A DNA stretch of 64,000 bases from Cenarchaeum sp. (GTDB lineage Archaea; Thermoproteota; Nitrososphaeria; Nitrososphaerales; Nitrosopumilaceae): contig CBDESU010000002.1 of NCBI GenBank assembly GCA_965242695.1, positions 1,152,001 through 1,216,000 of the forward strand. The letters are read 5' to 3'. Shown piece by piece: positions 18,053 to 27,288 of the stretch. A program made the translations under genes and the position numbers. A model generated the notes under the pieces. It was given only the letters and a program-made list of their open reading frames with translations, was not told the DNA's origin and searched no databases. Positions within the stretch are counted from its first letter, which is position 1. Every line of letters begins with the position of its first letter.

Positions 18053-19248
18053 CGCGCCCGCCCTCCCCTCTTGCCGAGCCTCTCGGCCTCCTTGCCGAGG
18101 ACGCCGGCGAGCTCCTCGCCGGCCGCCTCCGCAAGGGCGGGATCCTGCCCGATGCCGTCCCTGGCGCGCGCCACCATATGCGGAAAGTACAGCGTGCCGA
18201 ACGCGCTGCCCGAGACGTGCGCCGCCCTCCCCATGGATGCGAACATCGCCCGCATCGCCCTGCCGTCGAACCGTATGCGGGTGAGCAGGGGCCACGGCAC
18301 GTTGTACTGCGCGTACCGGACGGGCGAGCCCTTGGCGTACAGGCCCGACAGGATCGCGTCCAGGTACCTCAGGAGCCTCCACCTCTGGGACCTCATTATC
18401 CGGCCGTACAGCACGTCGGCGCGCGACATGACCTCGAGCATGCGGGCCGACTCGGCCGCCGCCAGGCCCTTGGCCGTGATTATGCTGGAGTAGAACGCGT
18501 TGATCTTTTCGCGCGGGTCGGCCTTCATGGCGCGCAGGGCCGCCTCGGCCCCGGCCGCGTCCGGCGCCGCAAAGAACGCGTTGACGGCCGTCTCGGCGTC
18601 TAGCTCGGACGGCAGCTTTTCGGCGTGCGCATCGTACCCCGTGGCAAGCGCCTGCGCGATGTTGAGCATCGACCGTATGTCGCCGCGCGACTCGGAGATG
18701 ACCTTGATCTCGGCGCCGGGCGAGAGCGACGCGCCCTCTTCGCGCAGCACCCTGCGCAGGTACACGCGCAGCAGGCGCGGAGGCAGCTGCCTGAACCTCA
18801 CCGTGCGGACCGCCTTTGAGAGGCTCTTCATCTTGGAGGCGGCGTCAGAGTTGGCCGCCATGACGATCGGCACGGTCGGCTCCTTGATCAGCTTTATGAG
18901 CGCCTCGGCGCCGCCAAAGTCGGCGCGGCCGTGTATGCCGTCGACCTCGTCGATGAACACCATGGGGCGCCCCGCCACGTTGGCGTTGCCCATGACGGGC
19001 CCGAGCAGCTTTGTTATGCGCGAGCGGCTCCGCGCATCGCTTGCGTTCATGCCGATCATGTCCAGCCCGAACGCCCTGCAGGCGAGCGTCGCCGCCGTCG
19101 TCTTGCCCGTGCCGGGCGGCCCGACGAGGAGCAGCGGGCGCGCTCCCGGCGCCCACGACGAGAACCACTTTGTGATCTCGGCGCGCGCCTCCTCGTTCCC
19201 GACCATCGCGCCGATCTCGGCCGGCCTGTGGCGCTCCGACCACATCAT
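18049..19248 (-). CDS. rfcL: Replication factor C large subunit
   Basis: WSERHRP, GPPGTGKT, MNASDAR, FIDEVDG, GDIRS. Confidence 0.92.
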   Translation of the reverse strand: MMWSERHRPAEIGAMVGNEEARAEITKWFSSWAPGARPLLLVGPPGTGKTTAATLACRAFGLDMIGMNASDARSRSRITKLLGPVMGNANVAGRPMVFIDEVDGIHGRADFGGAEALIKLIKEPTVPIVMAANSDAASKMKSLSKAVRTVRFRQLPPRLLRVYLRRVLREEGASLSPGAEIKVISESRGDIRSMLNIAQALATGYDAHAEKLPSELDAETAVNAFFAAPDAAGAEAALRAMKADPREKINAFYSSIITAKGLAAAESARMLEVMSRADVLYGRIMRSQRWRLLRYLDAILSGLYAKGSPVRYAQYNVPWPLLTRIRFDGRAMRAMFASMGRAAHVSGSAFGTLYFPHMVARARDGIGQDPALAEAAGEELAGVLGKEAERLGKRGGRAR

Positions 19249-19252
19249 GGGC

Positions 19253-20398
19253 CTAGGCTCCCCCTCTTCCCGCGCGCGGCAGCGTCGCCCCGAGCCTGTC
19301 CCACATGCCGGCCTTTGAGAGGCGAGCGTACCAGAACTCGTTGTAGTGGTCTAGCGTGAGGAACAAAAACTCTAGAAACTCCCTGTGCGTAAAGCCGTCG
19401 GGCAGCATGTCCAGGGCCGTGCGCGCCTCGCGCAGGTACAGCCTGCCCTTTTCCATGGTCGCATCGAACCCCCTGCGGACGTCGCCGCCGGCGAGCAGCG
19501 AGTAGTACATGGGCCACGACGGCACCTTTACGCGCCCGCCCTTGAGGGCGTCCTCTATCTCGTTGCCGCAGCCGGCGCACTCGGCGGCCCTTGCCATCCC
19601 GAGCGCGAACACCTCGCCTAGCGGCCTCTCGGCCAGGGCCATGTTGCGGCCGGCCGTGCCCATGACGGCCCTGTACTTGGCGTACGACCTCTCTAGGAGC
19701 TCGGCCGTGGCCGAGAGGGGGTCGGACTTTAGGGCCACGTCTATGGCCTGCCCCTCCCTTGCCGCGCTAAACCCCTCCTCGAACGCCTCCAGCACGGCGC
19801 TGCCGCCCCTGCCGATCTTTTGGCGGGCGAGCGCGAGGATGTGCGGGTTCAAGAGGCGGTAGTCGTCTAGGTACTCTAGGTCCTCGTCGCGGTCGACTAT
19901 GCGGTCCATCGGCTCGCTCAGGTCGATGGCAATGACGTGCCCCTCGACGACGTCCTCCTTGAGGGCGGCGCGCTCGCCGCCGGCATCCTCCCCCGCCGCC
20001 GCGTCGTAGAGGGCGCTGAAGACGGGGAACGTCATCTTTACAAAGTTCGAGTCGAGTATGCGCCCGACGCGGTCGCGCACGACGGCGGGGTCGGAGAGCC
20101 TGTCCCGCACCGCATCGATCATGCCGGGGTCTAGCGCCATCGACTCCTCGCCGACCTCGTCGGCGAACCGGCGCTGCGTCGCCGCCGGGTCGTCGTCGCA
20201 GGTGACCATGCCGCGCAGCTCGGCCGCGAGCGAGTCGGCAAACGCCGGAAACCTGGCCTCGTACTCGTCCCTGTACCTTGCGAACATGCGGTACCCCTTG
20301 GACTTGAACAGGCCCTGCCTTGCGATCTGCTTGCCGGGCCTTGTGCTGAGCAGCGCGTCCCGGCTTGTGACGGACGGATCCTTTCCGCTCACGCGCAT
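19253..20398 (-). CDS. Hypothetical protein (helical)
   Basis: Long ORF with host codon usage, co-oriented with rfcL. Confidence 0.75.
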   Translation of the reverse strand: MRVSGKDPSVTSRDALLSTRPGKQIARQGLFKSKGYRMFARYRDEYEARFPAFADSLAAELRGMVTCDDDPAATQRRFADEVGEESMALDPGMIDAVRDRLSDPAVVRDRVGRILDSNFVKMTFPVFSALYDAAAGEDAGGERAALKEDVVEGHVIAIDLSEPMDRIVDRDEDLEYLDDYRLLNPHILALARQKIGRGGSAVLEAFEEGFSAAREGQAIDVALKSDPLSATAELLERSYAKYRAVMGTAGRNMALAERPLGEVFALGMARAAECAGCGNEIEDALKGGRVKVPSWPMYYSLLAGGDVRRGFDATMEKGRLYLREARTALDMLPDGFTHREFLEFLFLTLDHYNEFWYARLSKAGMWDRLGATLPRAGRGGA

Positions 20399-20442
20399 CG
20401 CATTGCCCGTAGTTATTTATGCCTTCAAGGGAGCGCCGCGTC

Positions 20443-21255
20443 ATGGGAATGGTCGACGTCCTGCGCGGCGCCGCGGCGCGCGTCTACGAGCGCGTCGGGG
20501 GCATGGCGGGCACGCCGGCGGCCGTCGAGGGCGACCACGGGATCGGCGCAGGCGGCGACGTGTCGCGCAACATCGACGTGACGGCAGAGCGGGCCGTCCT
20601 CGAGTACCTCGGCGAGTCGGGCGTAAGCTGCACCGTCCTCGGCGAGGAGTGCGGCCGGGTAGAGGTAGGCGGGGGCGATCCCGCGGGGTACGTCATAATG
20701 GACGCCGTCGACGGGTCGGCCAACGCCGTGCGCGGCGTGCCGTTCTTCTGCTGCTCGCTCGCGTACGCGCAGGACTATTCGCTCGGCTCCGTCACGGATG
20801 CGGTCGTGGCGGACCTCTCGACGGGCAGGGCCTACTCTGCTGCAAAGGGCCGCGGCGCCGCCCTCGACGGCCGGCCCGTGCGCGTCCAGTCGCGGCCGCC
20901 GGTGTACCGCATCCTCGGGGCCAACACGTCGGGCGCCTCGCCGGCCCTCGTCGAGAGGCTGCGCCCGCTGTTCTCGGCGTACGGCCACGTGCGGCACTTT
21001 GGGGCAAACGCCCTAGAGATGTCGATGCTCGCCGCCGGCCTCATGGACGTGTTCATCGACCTGCGCGGCAAGATCAGGGTGCAGGACGCGGCCGCCGGGT
21101 GCCTGATCGTCCGCGAGGCCGGCGGCCTCGTCGTCGACGAGTCGCTCGCTGACCTGGACTCGGACCTGGACTATGCGACGCGCCTGTCGTTCATCGCCGC
21201 CTCTTCCAGGCAGGTCCTCGACGAGGCGCTCGCAGAGATGGGGCGGCCGGCGTGA
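20443..21255 (+). CDS. suhB: Bifunctional FBPase/inositol monophosphatase family
   Basis: GEE, DAVDGSAN, R..G...L and DAAAG motifs. Confidence 0.88.
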   Translation: MGMVDVLRGAAARVYERVGGMAGTPAAVEGDHGIGAGGDVSRNIDVTAERAVLEYLGESGVSCTVLGEECGRVEVGGGDPAGYVIMDAVDGSANAVRGVPFFCCSLAYAQDYSLGSVTDAVVADLSTGRAYSAAKGRGAALDGRPVRVQSRPPVYRILGANTSGASPALVERLRPLFSAYGHVRHFGANALEMSMLAAGLMDVFIDLRGKIRVQDAAAGCLIVREAGGLVVDESLADLDSDLDYATRLSFIAASSRQVLDEALAEMGRPA

Positions 21256-21356
21256 GCGGCCGAGCGCTGCCGCGCGCGGATTGGGCCCCGTCCCGTCGCA
21301 TTTGGCCAAAATAAATTCACCCCGCGCCTTTAGGCGGCGCGCGGCGCACCTGCCGC

Positions 21357-22097
21357 ATGGATGCCGTGTGCAACGACCCGAGGTGCCCCCTCAACCGGCG
21401 CGGCGTGCCGCACCGGCCGCACGGCGAGATCGAGCGCGACGAGGTGGTCGAACCGTGCAACGATCCGCGCTGCGCCCTCACCAGGCTGGGAATGCCGCAC
21501 AACTCGCACGGGCCGATGGACGGGCCCGCGCCCTGTGCCGCCGGGGGCGCCGGCCGCAGTGCGGGGGATGCCGCGGGGCCCCACACGGGCGGCGGCAGCG
21601 ATCCGGGCGCGGCCTCGGGCCTTGGAACCGGCGGCGGCAGCGATCCGGGCGCGGCCTCGGGCCTTGGAACCGGCGGCGGCAGCGATCCGGGCGCGGCCTC
21701 GGGCCCCGGCGCCGGCCACGCCTCGGGCCCCGGCGGCGCGGCCCGCGGCCCGCGGCCCTCCAGCTCATCGACGTCCCCCGACGAAATCCTCGACGAGGCG
21801 GCACGGCACCTGCGGCAACATGCGGGCGGAACGGCCGAGGCCGGGCGACCTGCCGGGGACGCGCGCGAGGCCGAGCGCATACTGGGCTCCGCCGACCCGC
21901 ACGGCATCCTTGGCATCCCGCGCGGCGCAACGGCCGAGCAGGCCCGATCCCGCTACAGGAGCCTGGTGAAAAGGTACGATGCCGCGCGCGGGATCATCCA
22001 CAAGTCGGCCCCCGAGAGGGAAAAGTCGAACCTGATCATGGCGAGGATCAACGGCGCGTTCGAGGCCCTCAAGTCTGCCCGTCCCCGCCAGCCGTAG
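21357..22097 (+). CDS. J-domain-like protein with duplicated N-terminal Cys/His motif
   Basis: DPHGILGI..GAT...R.RYR.L...INGAFEAL at the C-terminus; CNDPRC.L...G.PH..HG twice. Confidence 0.75.
   Translation: MDAVCNDPRCPLNRRGVPHRPHGEIERDEVVEPCNDPRCALTRLGMPHNSHGPMDGPAPCAAGGAGRSAGDAAGPHTGGGSDPGAASGLGTGGGSDPGAASGLGTGGGSDPGAASGPGAGHASGPGGAARGPRPSSSSTSPDEILDEAARHLRQHAGGTAEAGRPAGDAREAERILGSADPHGILGIPRGATAEQARSRYRSLVKRYDAARGIIHKSAPEREKSNLIMARINGAFEALKSARPRQP
21588..21704. repeat. 42-bp in-frame tandem repeat x2.8 (GGGSDPGAASGLGT)
   Basis: Exact repeats visible in the sequence. Confidence 0.9.
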
Positions 22098-22209
22098 GGG
22101 GCCTCGCCTGCCCGTCCACGCCCCGCCTGGCGGCAGCCTCGGTCCGGCAGGGCCGCACACCGGGGCCTCGGAGGGGCCTCGCCTGCCCGTCCGCGCCCCG
22201 CCTGGCGGC
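22097..22209. repeat. ~38-bp intergenic direct repeat x2
   Basis: ggggcctcgcctgcccgtcc(a/g)cgccccgcctggcggc at about 22098 and 22173. Confidence 0.8.
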
Positions 22210-22266
22210 CGCACTGCCCTAGCGCGGCCTGCCCTGCGGGGAGCATCCCCCTCCGTACAGACAAAA

Positions 22267-22344
22267 TGGCGCCCTCGGCGGGATTTGAACCCGCGTCTCA
22301 GCCGTGACAGGGCCGAATTCTAGACCGGGCTATACTACAAGGGC
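22267..22344 (-). tRNA. tRNA-Asp(GTC), CCA encoded
   Basis: GCCCTTG...CGAGGGC-GCCA, anticodon loop CTGTCAC, GGTTCAAATCC. Confidence 0.95.
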
Positions 22345-22439
22345 CCGACAAGGCCCGCCCACGGGTCGGTTAAAAAGCTTTGGAGCCGCCTTGCGGCAGG
22401 TGGATAGGGCTAAATTGCGGGGCGGCGCAAGGCCGTCCG

Positions 22440-22513
22440 GGGTCTGTGGCGCAGCCAGGCAGCGCATCGGACTTTTAATCCGGTTGTCGTGGGTTCGAAT
22501 CCCATCAGACCCG
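22440..22513 (+). tRNA. tRNA-Lys(TTT)
   Basis: GGGTCTG/CAGACCC acceptor stem, anticodon loop CTTTTAA, GGTTCGAATCC. Confidence 0.95.
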
Positions 22514-22515
22514 CC

Positions 22516-23592
22516 CTACTGAGCCCTGTTCGTACCGCCGCACGCGCCCGCCCGGAGCGGGCCTGGACCGGCAGGCCTGCCGGCGCAGCGCGCCGGCGTC
22601 CCCCTCTGCAGGCGGCAGCCTACCGTCCCCTCCTCCCTGCGGCCCCGCGCCCGGAGGGGCCCGCCGGCCCGCCGCCCCGACTGGGCGGCCTTGGCCCCTG
22701 CGGGGGCCTCTTCCCCGCCGAGGATCATGTCGAGTATCTTCTCGACCTTTCCGAGGACGCGGTAGCACATGCGCCCGACCTCTGCCGGCTCGGCGCTCCC
22801 CGCATAGTGGGCGATGTAGTTGTACGTGTACCCGTCCACGTCGTACCCGTACGTCCTGCCCAGGACGCACGCGACCAGCTGCGCCGTGGCCTCCTGCTGG
22901 GGGTCCTGGCCCGGCTTGAGCTCCTCGATCCTGCTGTGCGCGGCGTGCGCCAGCTCGTGGAAGAACGTGCTGATGTCGTCCGTGCACAGGCGTATCTCGG
23001 CGTCGGACTTGGAGTACGACCCGTACTCGCCGTGCCTCGTCGCGTCGTACCTCGTGTCGATCCCCCACCGCGCCGCGACGTCCGCCAGCGGCGGGAGGCG
23101 CTTTGGCTCGCGCTTGACGGTCTTGATCTTCTCCCCGTCCGTGTCCTCGTACCGGAACACGGGGATTGCGTGGAACCCGACGACGTAGCTCGTGACGGTC
23201 TCTTCGCCGGTCTCCTTGTCGACGTCGACGCGCCTGCGCATGGTGGGCCCGATTATGTAGATGGCCTTGCGGCCGCGCACGACGTGCCTCCCGACCTGCT
23301 GCCACTGCCTGTACCCGCGCGCATCGTACGTTCCCTCCATCGTCATAATGAGGCGGTTGCCCAGGCTCCACTTGTCGCTCGGGCTTCCAGCCGGCTCTAG
23401 GTACGACTTTGCCAGCATGTCGGGAAGCTCGGTGCTCGAAAAAAGCTCCACAATCCTGGCTAGCTGCTCCCTTGCCCTGTCGGCGCGGCTCGGGGCGGCC
23501 TGCCCGGCAGTCTTTATTCCTGCGCCGCCTTTTGCCCCTGCGGGCGCGGCTGGCTTGTCCTGGGCTGGCTTGCCCGTCTTGCCTTCAGCCAA
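22516..23592 (-). CDS. ArdC-like ssDNA-binding + zincin metallopeptidase protein (start uncertain)
   Basis: WSLGNRLI, RGYRQWQQVGRHVVRGRKAIYI, PVF...DT.GE (ArdC-N) and FFHELAH...EATA. Confidence 0.82.
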   Translation of the reverse strand: MAEGKTGKPAQDKPAAPAGAKGGAGIKTAGQAAPSRADRAREQLARIVELFSSTELPDMLAKSYLEPAGSPSDKWSLGNRLIMTMEGTYDARGYRQWQQVGRHVVRGRKAIYIIGPTMRRRVDVDKETGEETVTSYVVGFHAIPVFRYEDTDGEKIKTVKREPKRLPPLADVAARWGIDTRYDATRHGEYGSYSKSDAEIRLCTDDISTFFHELAHAAHSRIEELKPGQDPQQEATAQLVACVLGRTYGYDVDGYTYNYIAHYAGSAEPAEVGRMCYRVLGKVEKILDMILGGEEAPAGAKAAQSGRRAGGPLRARGRREEGTVGCRLQRGTPARCAGRPAGPGPLRAGACGGTNRAQ

Positions 23593-23611
23593 TGCATAGG
23601 GATTGGCGCGG

Positions 23612-23647
23612 AATGATATTAGCAATAGTATCATATCATTGATACTA
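23612..23647. promoter_or_regulatory. AT-rich patch with two overlapping inverted repeats upstream of the ArdC-like gene
   Basis: AATGATAT-N13-ATATCATT (23612-23640) and TAGTATCA-N6-TGATACTA (23626-23647). Confidence 0.5.
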
Positions 23648-23744
23648 AGTATAGTGTTCAGTGTCAAGCCAGGCCGCCGCCGGCCTGCGACTTCCCGCGC
23701 CGTGCGGTTTAACCTTAAAATCCACCCGCTCAAGGGTCGGCGCA

Positions 23745-24425
23745 TTGCCCGATGACGGAGGGAGCGCCGGCAGGGATGCTGGGCCGATCCCGGACGAGGC
23801 CGGAACCTCAGGCCGGTCGGCCGATGCCAACGGCGCGCCTGGCGACCACTTGGCCCTAGACGACGCCACGCCCGAGGGCCTAGAGGCCGCAAAGGCCGAG
23901 GCCGAGGCATCGGCCGAGCGCCTTCGGGCGGCAGAGGCGGCGGCCGAGGCGACGCTCGAGGAAGAGTACCGCAAGGTGGCCGAGGCGCTCAAGCAGGAAA
24001 AGCCGCGCGACTCGTTCACCGATTACCGCACGGTCGACATCATATTCCGCAGGGAGCTCGGCGAGCCCGAGTTCTGGCTCGACAAGAGGGAGCGCGCGCC
24101 GGCCCGCCTGATGCTCAGCGACGAGGAGGCGCGCGCGATCTCGAGGCGCGTCGAGACGCCGACCGACCAGGTTCCCGTGTACGACCCCCAGTACATACTG
24201 AGCAAGGAGTACGGGGGCATGTCCAGCTACGAGGTCGGAATCACGGCGATCCTAGGCGAGGCGCAGGAGGGCCTTGAGGCCCTACGCAGGGCCGGAGCCG
24301 GCGACGATGAGGTCAGGCGCGCCGAGGCCGAGGTCGAAAAGCTCGGCTACCTGTACCAGAACTACCACCTCGGCATGAACGTGTTCCGGACCGCCAAGGG
24401 CGGGCGGGACAGGGCGAAAAAGTAG
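23745..24425 (+). CDS. Hypothetical protein
   Basis: Protein-like C-terminal two thirds; abuts the hemA-like gene; TATA-like ttaaaa upstream. Confidence 0.75.
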   Translation: MPDDGGSAGRDAGPIPDEAGTSGRSADANGAPGDHLALDDATPEGLEAAKAEAEASAERLRAAEAAAEATLEEEYRKVAEALKQEKPRDSFTDYRTVDIIFRRELGEPEFWLDKRERAPARLMLSDEEARAISRRVETPTDQVPVYDPQYILSKEYGGMSSYEVGITAILGEAQEGLEALRRAGAGDDEVRRAEAEVEKLGYLYQNYHLGMNVFRTAKGGRDRAKK

Positions 24426-25520
24426 GTGTCGCGGTTGGCCAACGCGGGGTTTGAGATCATCAACGCGCGCCTCACGCACCGGAACCTGCCGCTGTACAAG
24501 CTCGAGCGGTTCGCGTTCAAGGACCGCGCCGCCGCGTACGATGCGTTCCGGCGGATACCGGGCGTCTCGGAGATCGTGATCATCCAGACGGCCAGCCGCG
24601 TCGAGATATTCACGGCCATCAGCCGCGAGTCCGACGCCCCCGACGGGCGCAGCCCGCAGGGCGCGGGGCTGACCATCAAGCAGATCGAGAGGGCGTGGGT
24701 GGAGCTTACCGACCCAGACCAGTACGACCTGGACCACTTCGACCAGATCATGGAGGTGTACCGCGGCCGCGGGGCGCACGAGAGCCTGCTGCGCCTCGTG
24801 ACGGGCCTCGACTCGGTCGTGATCGGCAAGTCCGAGATATACGAGGAGGTCAAGGCATCGATCGCGCACGCCCGCGCGTCGGGGTCGGCGGGGGGCGTGC
24901 TCGGCGCGCTCTTTGACGCGGCCCTTCACGTCGGCTCCAAGATACGCGGCGAGACCGGAATCGGCGACAACATACTGACCATAGGCGACGTGGCCGTCAG
25001 GATGGCCGACGACAACGTCGGAATCGACGCCAAGAAGAAGGTGCTGCTAGTCGGGACGGGCGACTACGCCGCGCAGGTCGCCAAGGTCCTCAACGCGGGG
25101 GGCCACAGGTTCGAGGTGGCAAGCAAGACGGCCGACAGGGCCGAGGGGTTCTCGAAGATACTCGGCGGCACCCCGGTGCCCTTTGAGGACGTGCTCGCCT
25201 CGTTCGACAAGTACGACGTCGTGTTCGTCGCGACGACGGCCGACTACCACATACTGACGGACGCGAGCATCCGGCGCGTCATGGAGGACAAGAAGACCGG
25301 CACGATGATCCTCGACGTGTCCGAGCCGAGGGCCGTCAACGAGGACATATCTGCCGTGCCGGGCATAAAGCTGATGTTCCGCGACCAGATTGCCGAGCAG
25401 GAGGAGCGCAGCCTCCAGGAGCGGATGGGGAAGATACCGGCCGTCGAGAAGATGATCAAGGCAGAGTCTGCCGTGCTGTCCGCGATGGTCGAGGCGTCCC
25501 CGCCGGCGGGGGCCTCGTGA
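24426..25520 (+). CDS. hemA: Glutamyl-tRNA reductase homolog lacking the catalytic Cys
   Basis: IQTASRVE (canonical TCNRxE), GLDSVVIGKSEI, LLVGTGDYA Rossmann motif, ILDVSEPRAV. Confidence 0.8.
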   Translation: MSRLANAGFEIINARLTHRNLPLYKLERFAFKDRAAAYDAFRRIPGVSEIVIIQTASRVEIFTAISRESDAPDGRSPQGAGLTIKQIERAWVELTDPDQYDLDHFDQIMEVYRGRGAHESLLRLVTGLDSVVIGKSEIYEEVKASIAHARASGSAGGVLGALFDAALHVGSKIRGETGIGDNILTIGDVAVRMADDNVGIDAKKKVLLVGTGDYAAQVAKVLNAGGHRFEVASKTADRAEGFSKILGGTPVPFEDVLASFDKYDVVFVATTADYHILTDASIRRVMEDKKTGTMILDVSEPRAVNEDISAVPGIKLMFRDQIAEQEERSLQERMGKIPAVEKMIKAESAVLSAMVEASPPAGAS

Positions 25521-25586
25521 GGCGCCCGCGGCCGCTCCAGTTAGGCCGGCTTAATCTATTTATCAGCCGCGCGGGTGGCGCCGCCG

Positions 25587-25751
25587 ATGGCTAAGCTGAG
25601 GTGCTCGGACTATGGATTCGAGTGCGACTTTGTGGCGGAGGGAGAGGTCGAGGCCGTGCTGGTCATGTTCGGCTCGCACTGCGAGGAAGAGCACGGCATC
25701 GCGTACTCCAAAGAGTCACTGATGCAGTTCATTGTGAGGCAAAAGGGCTAG
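25587..25751 (+). CDS. Small metal-binding protein (DUF1059-like), absent from the ORF track
   Basis: 54 aa MAKLRCSDYGFECDFVAEGE...HCEEEHG. Confidence 0.85.
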   Translation: MAKLRCSDYGFECDFVAEGEVEAVLVMFGSHCEEEHGIAYSKESLMQFIVRQKG

Positions 25752-25900
25752 GGCCGGCGCGGCGCCGCGGCTCGGCCTGGACGGAGGCGGCGGGGGGCGC
25801 TCTGGAGCGCGCGGCGACTGCGCGGCCGCTGCCAGCGCTACTCGCACCTGACGGATGCGGGGCATCGGTTGGGGCGCTGCGGGCGGCGCCTGCGCGGCCG

Positions 25901-26746
25901 CTACCCGTACGACTCGTACTTGATGGCATAGCTGCCGTCGGGCTTTTTGTCGTGCAGCGTCACAAAGCCCTTCTTGGCGACGTGCTCTATGACGCCGTCG
26001 ATCGTGCCCTGGTAGCCGCATATGTAGATCATCGTGTTCTCGGGCGTGATCGCCTCGCCCACGAGCTCTTCAATCGGGGACACGCCGCCCTTGCCGGGCT
26101 TGAAGAACGTCTCGACCCTTCCGGTCTGCCCCGTCCAGGTGCGGTTGAACTTTTCCTTGGGCCTGCTGATGGCGGCCCTGTACTTGAAGTTCCAGTCGTC
26201 GGCCCCTCTCTCGTCGCTCTCGTACTCGAGGGCCGTAAAGTGGTCCTTGTAGCTCAGCTCGTCGACGTAGCTGGCGCCGTGGAGTATGACGACCTCCCTC
26301 TTGTCGCCGGTGTCGTGCAGGTGGTCGGCAAAGGCGACAAACGGGGCGATGCCGGTGCCGCCGCCGACGCAGACGATGCGGCGCCTGTCCGGCTCGCCGC
26401 TCGGCAGGCGGTCGTCGATCGTCAGCGCGTTCCCCGTCGGCGTGCCGAGCGTCACCGTGTCGCCCTCGCTTATGTAGAACAGCTCGGTCGTCACCCTGCC
26501 GGGCAGCGGCTTGCGCGCCCACCGTATGATGAACTCGTAGTACTTTCGGTTGCCCGGGTGCGACGCAAGCGAGTAGGCCCGCCTGACCATCTTGTGGCCC
26601 TCGGCCATGACGTTGACGCCTATCGTAAGGAACTGCCCCGTCTCGTACTCGGGGATGACGCCGTCTTCTGGGACGATCCGCAGTATGACGAGGTCCTCCC
26701 TGAGCAGCTCGACGTACGTGACGGTGGCCTTTTGCTCAGAAACCAC
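25901..26746 (-). CDS. fpr: Ferredoxin/flavodoxin-NADP+ reductase, paralog 2
   Basis: RRAYSLAS, GGGTGIAPF, YICG, YESYG. Confidence 0.9.
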   Translation of the reverse strand: MVSEQKATVTYVELLREDLVILRIVPEDGVIPEYETGQFLTIGVNVMAEGHKMVRRAYSLASHPGNRKYYEFIIRWARKPLPGRVTTELFYISEGDTVTLGTPTGNALTIDDRLPSGEPDRRRIVCVGGGTGIAPFVAFADHLHDTGDKREVVILHGASYVDELSYKDHFTALEYESDERGADDWNFKYRAAISRPKEKFNRTWTGQTGRVETFFKPGKGGVSPIEELVGEAITPENTMIYICGYQGTIDGVIEHVAKKGFVTLHDKKPDGSYAIKYESYG

Positions 26747-27008
26747 GGGGCCGCTCCCCCCTGTCCGAATAAATGCTTTTTGGGCCGCCCGCGCCCCCGC
26801 TGCCCGCCTGCCCAACGACGGCTGGCGGCATGCGCCCCCACCCCCTCCTCCGAGCGCCCCCTACCCGGCGTCGGGAGCGGGGCCGGCCTGTGCAAAAAGA
26901 GCGCCCTCGCAGGGCCGCTCCCCCCCCGCCCACGCCGAGGCGCCCCGCCCTGTCATCGCCGCGGCGCACGCCGTCGGGCGCCACGGCCTCCTGCCGTACG
27001 TGCGGCCA

Positions 27009-27209
27009 GGCAGGGGCGCCCGCTCCCCTCCCTCTGCGGCAGCCGCCCGCGCTGCGCACGCCGCGGGCCTCTCGCGGCCCGGCAGGGCCGCCCTCCGGCC
27101 GGATGACCTTGGCATAGTTGCGCGCGACGGGCGCCGGTACATGCCGCTAGGCAGGGGCGCCCGCGGCCCCCCTCTGCGGCAGCCGCCCGCGCTGCGTACG
27201 CCGCGGGCC
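27009..27209. repeat. ~60-bp imperfect intergenic direct repeat x2
   Basis: ggcaggggcgcccgc...cctctgcggcagccgcccgcgctgcg(c/t)acgccgcgggcc at about 27009 and 27150. Confidence 0.8.
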
Positions 27210-27288
27210 GCCCGCGGCCCCGGCCGAGCGGCACAATCTCCGCCAGAATTCGACAAAATAATATACCCACCGGCGACGGGCCGGCCGG

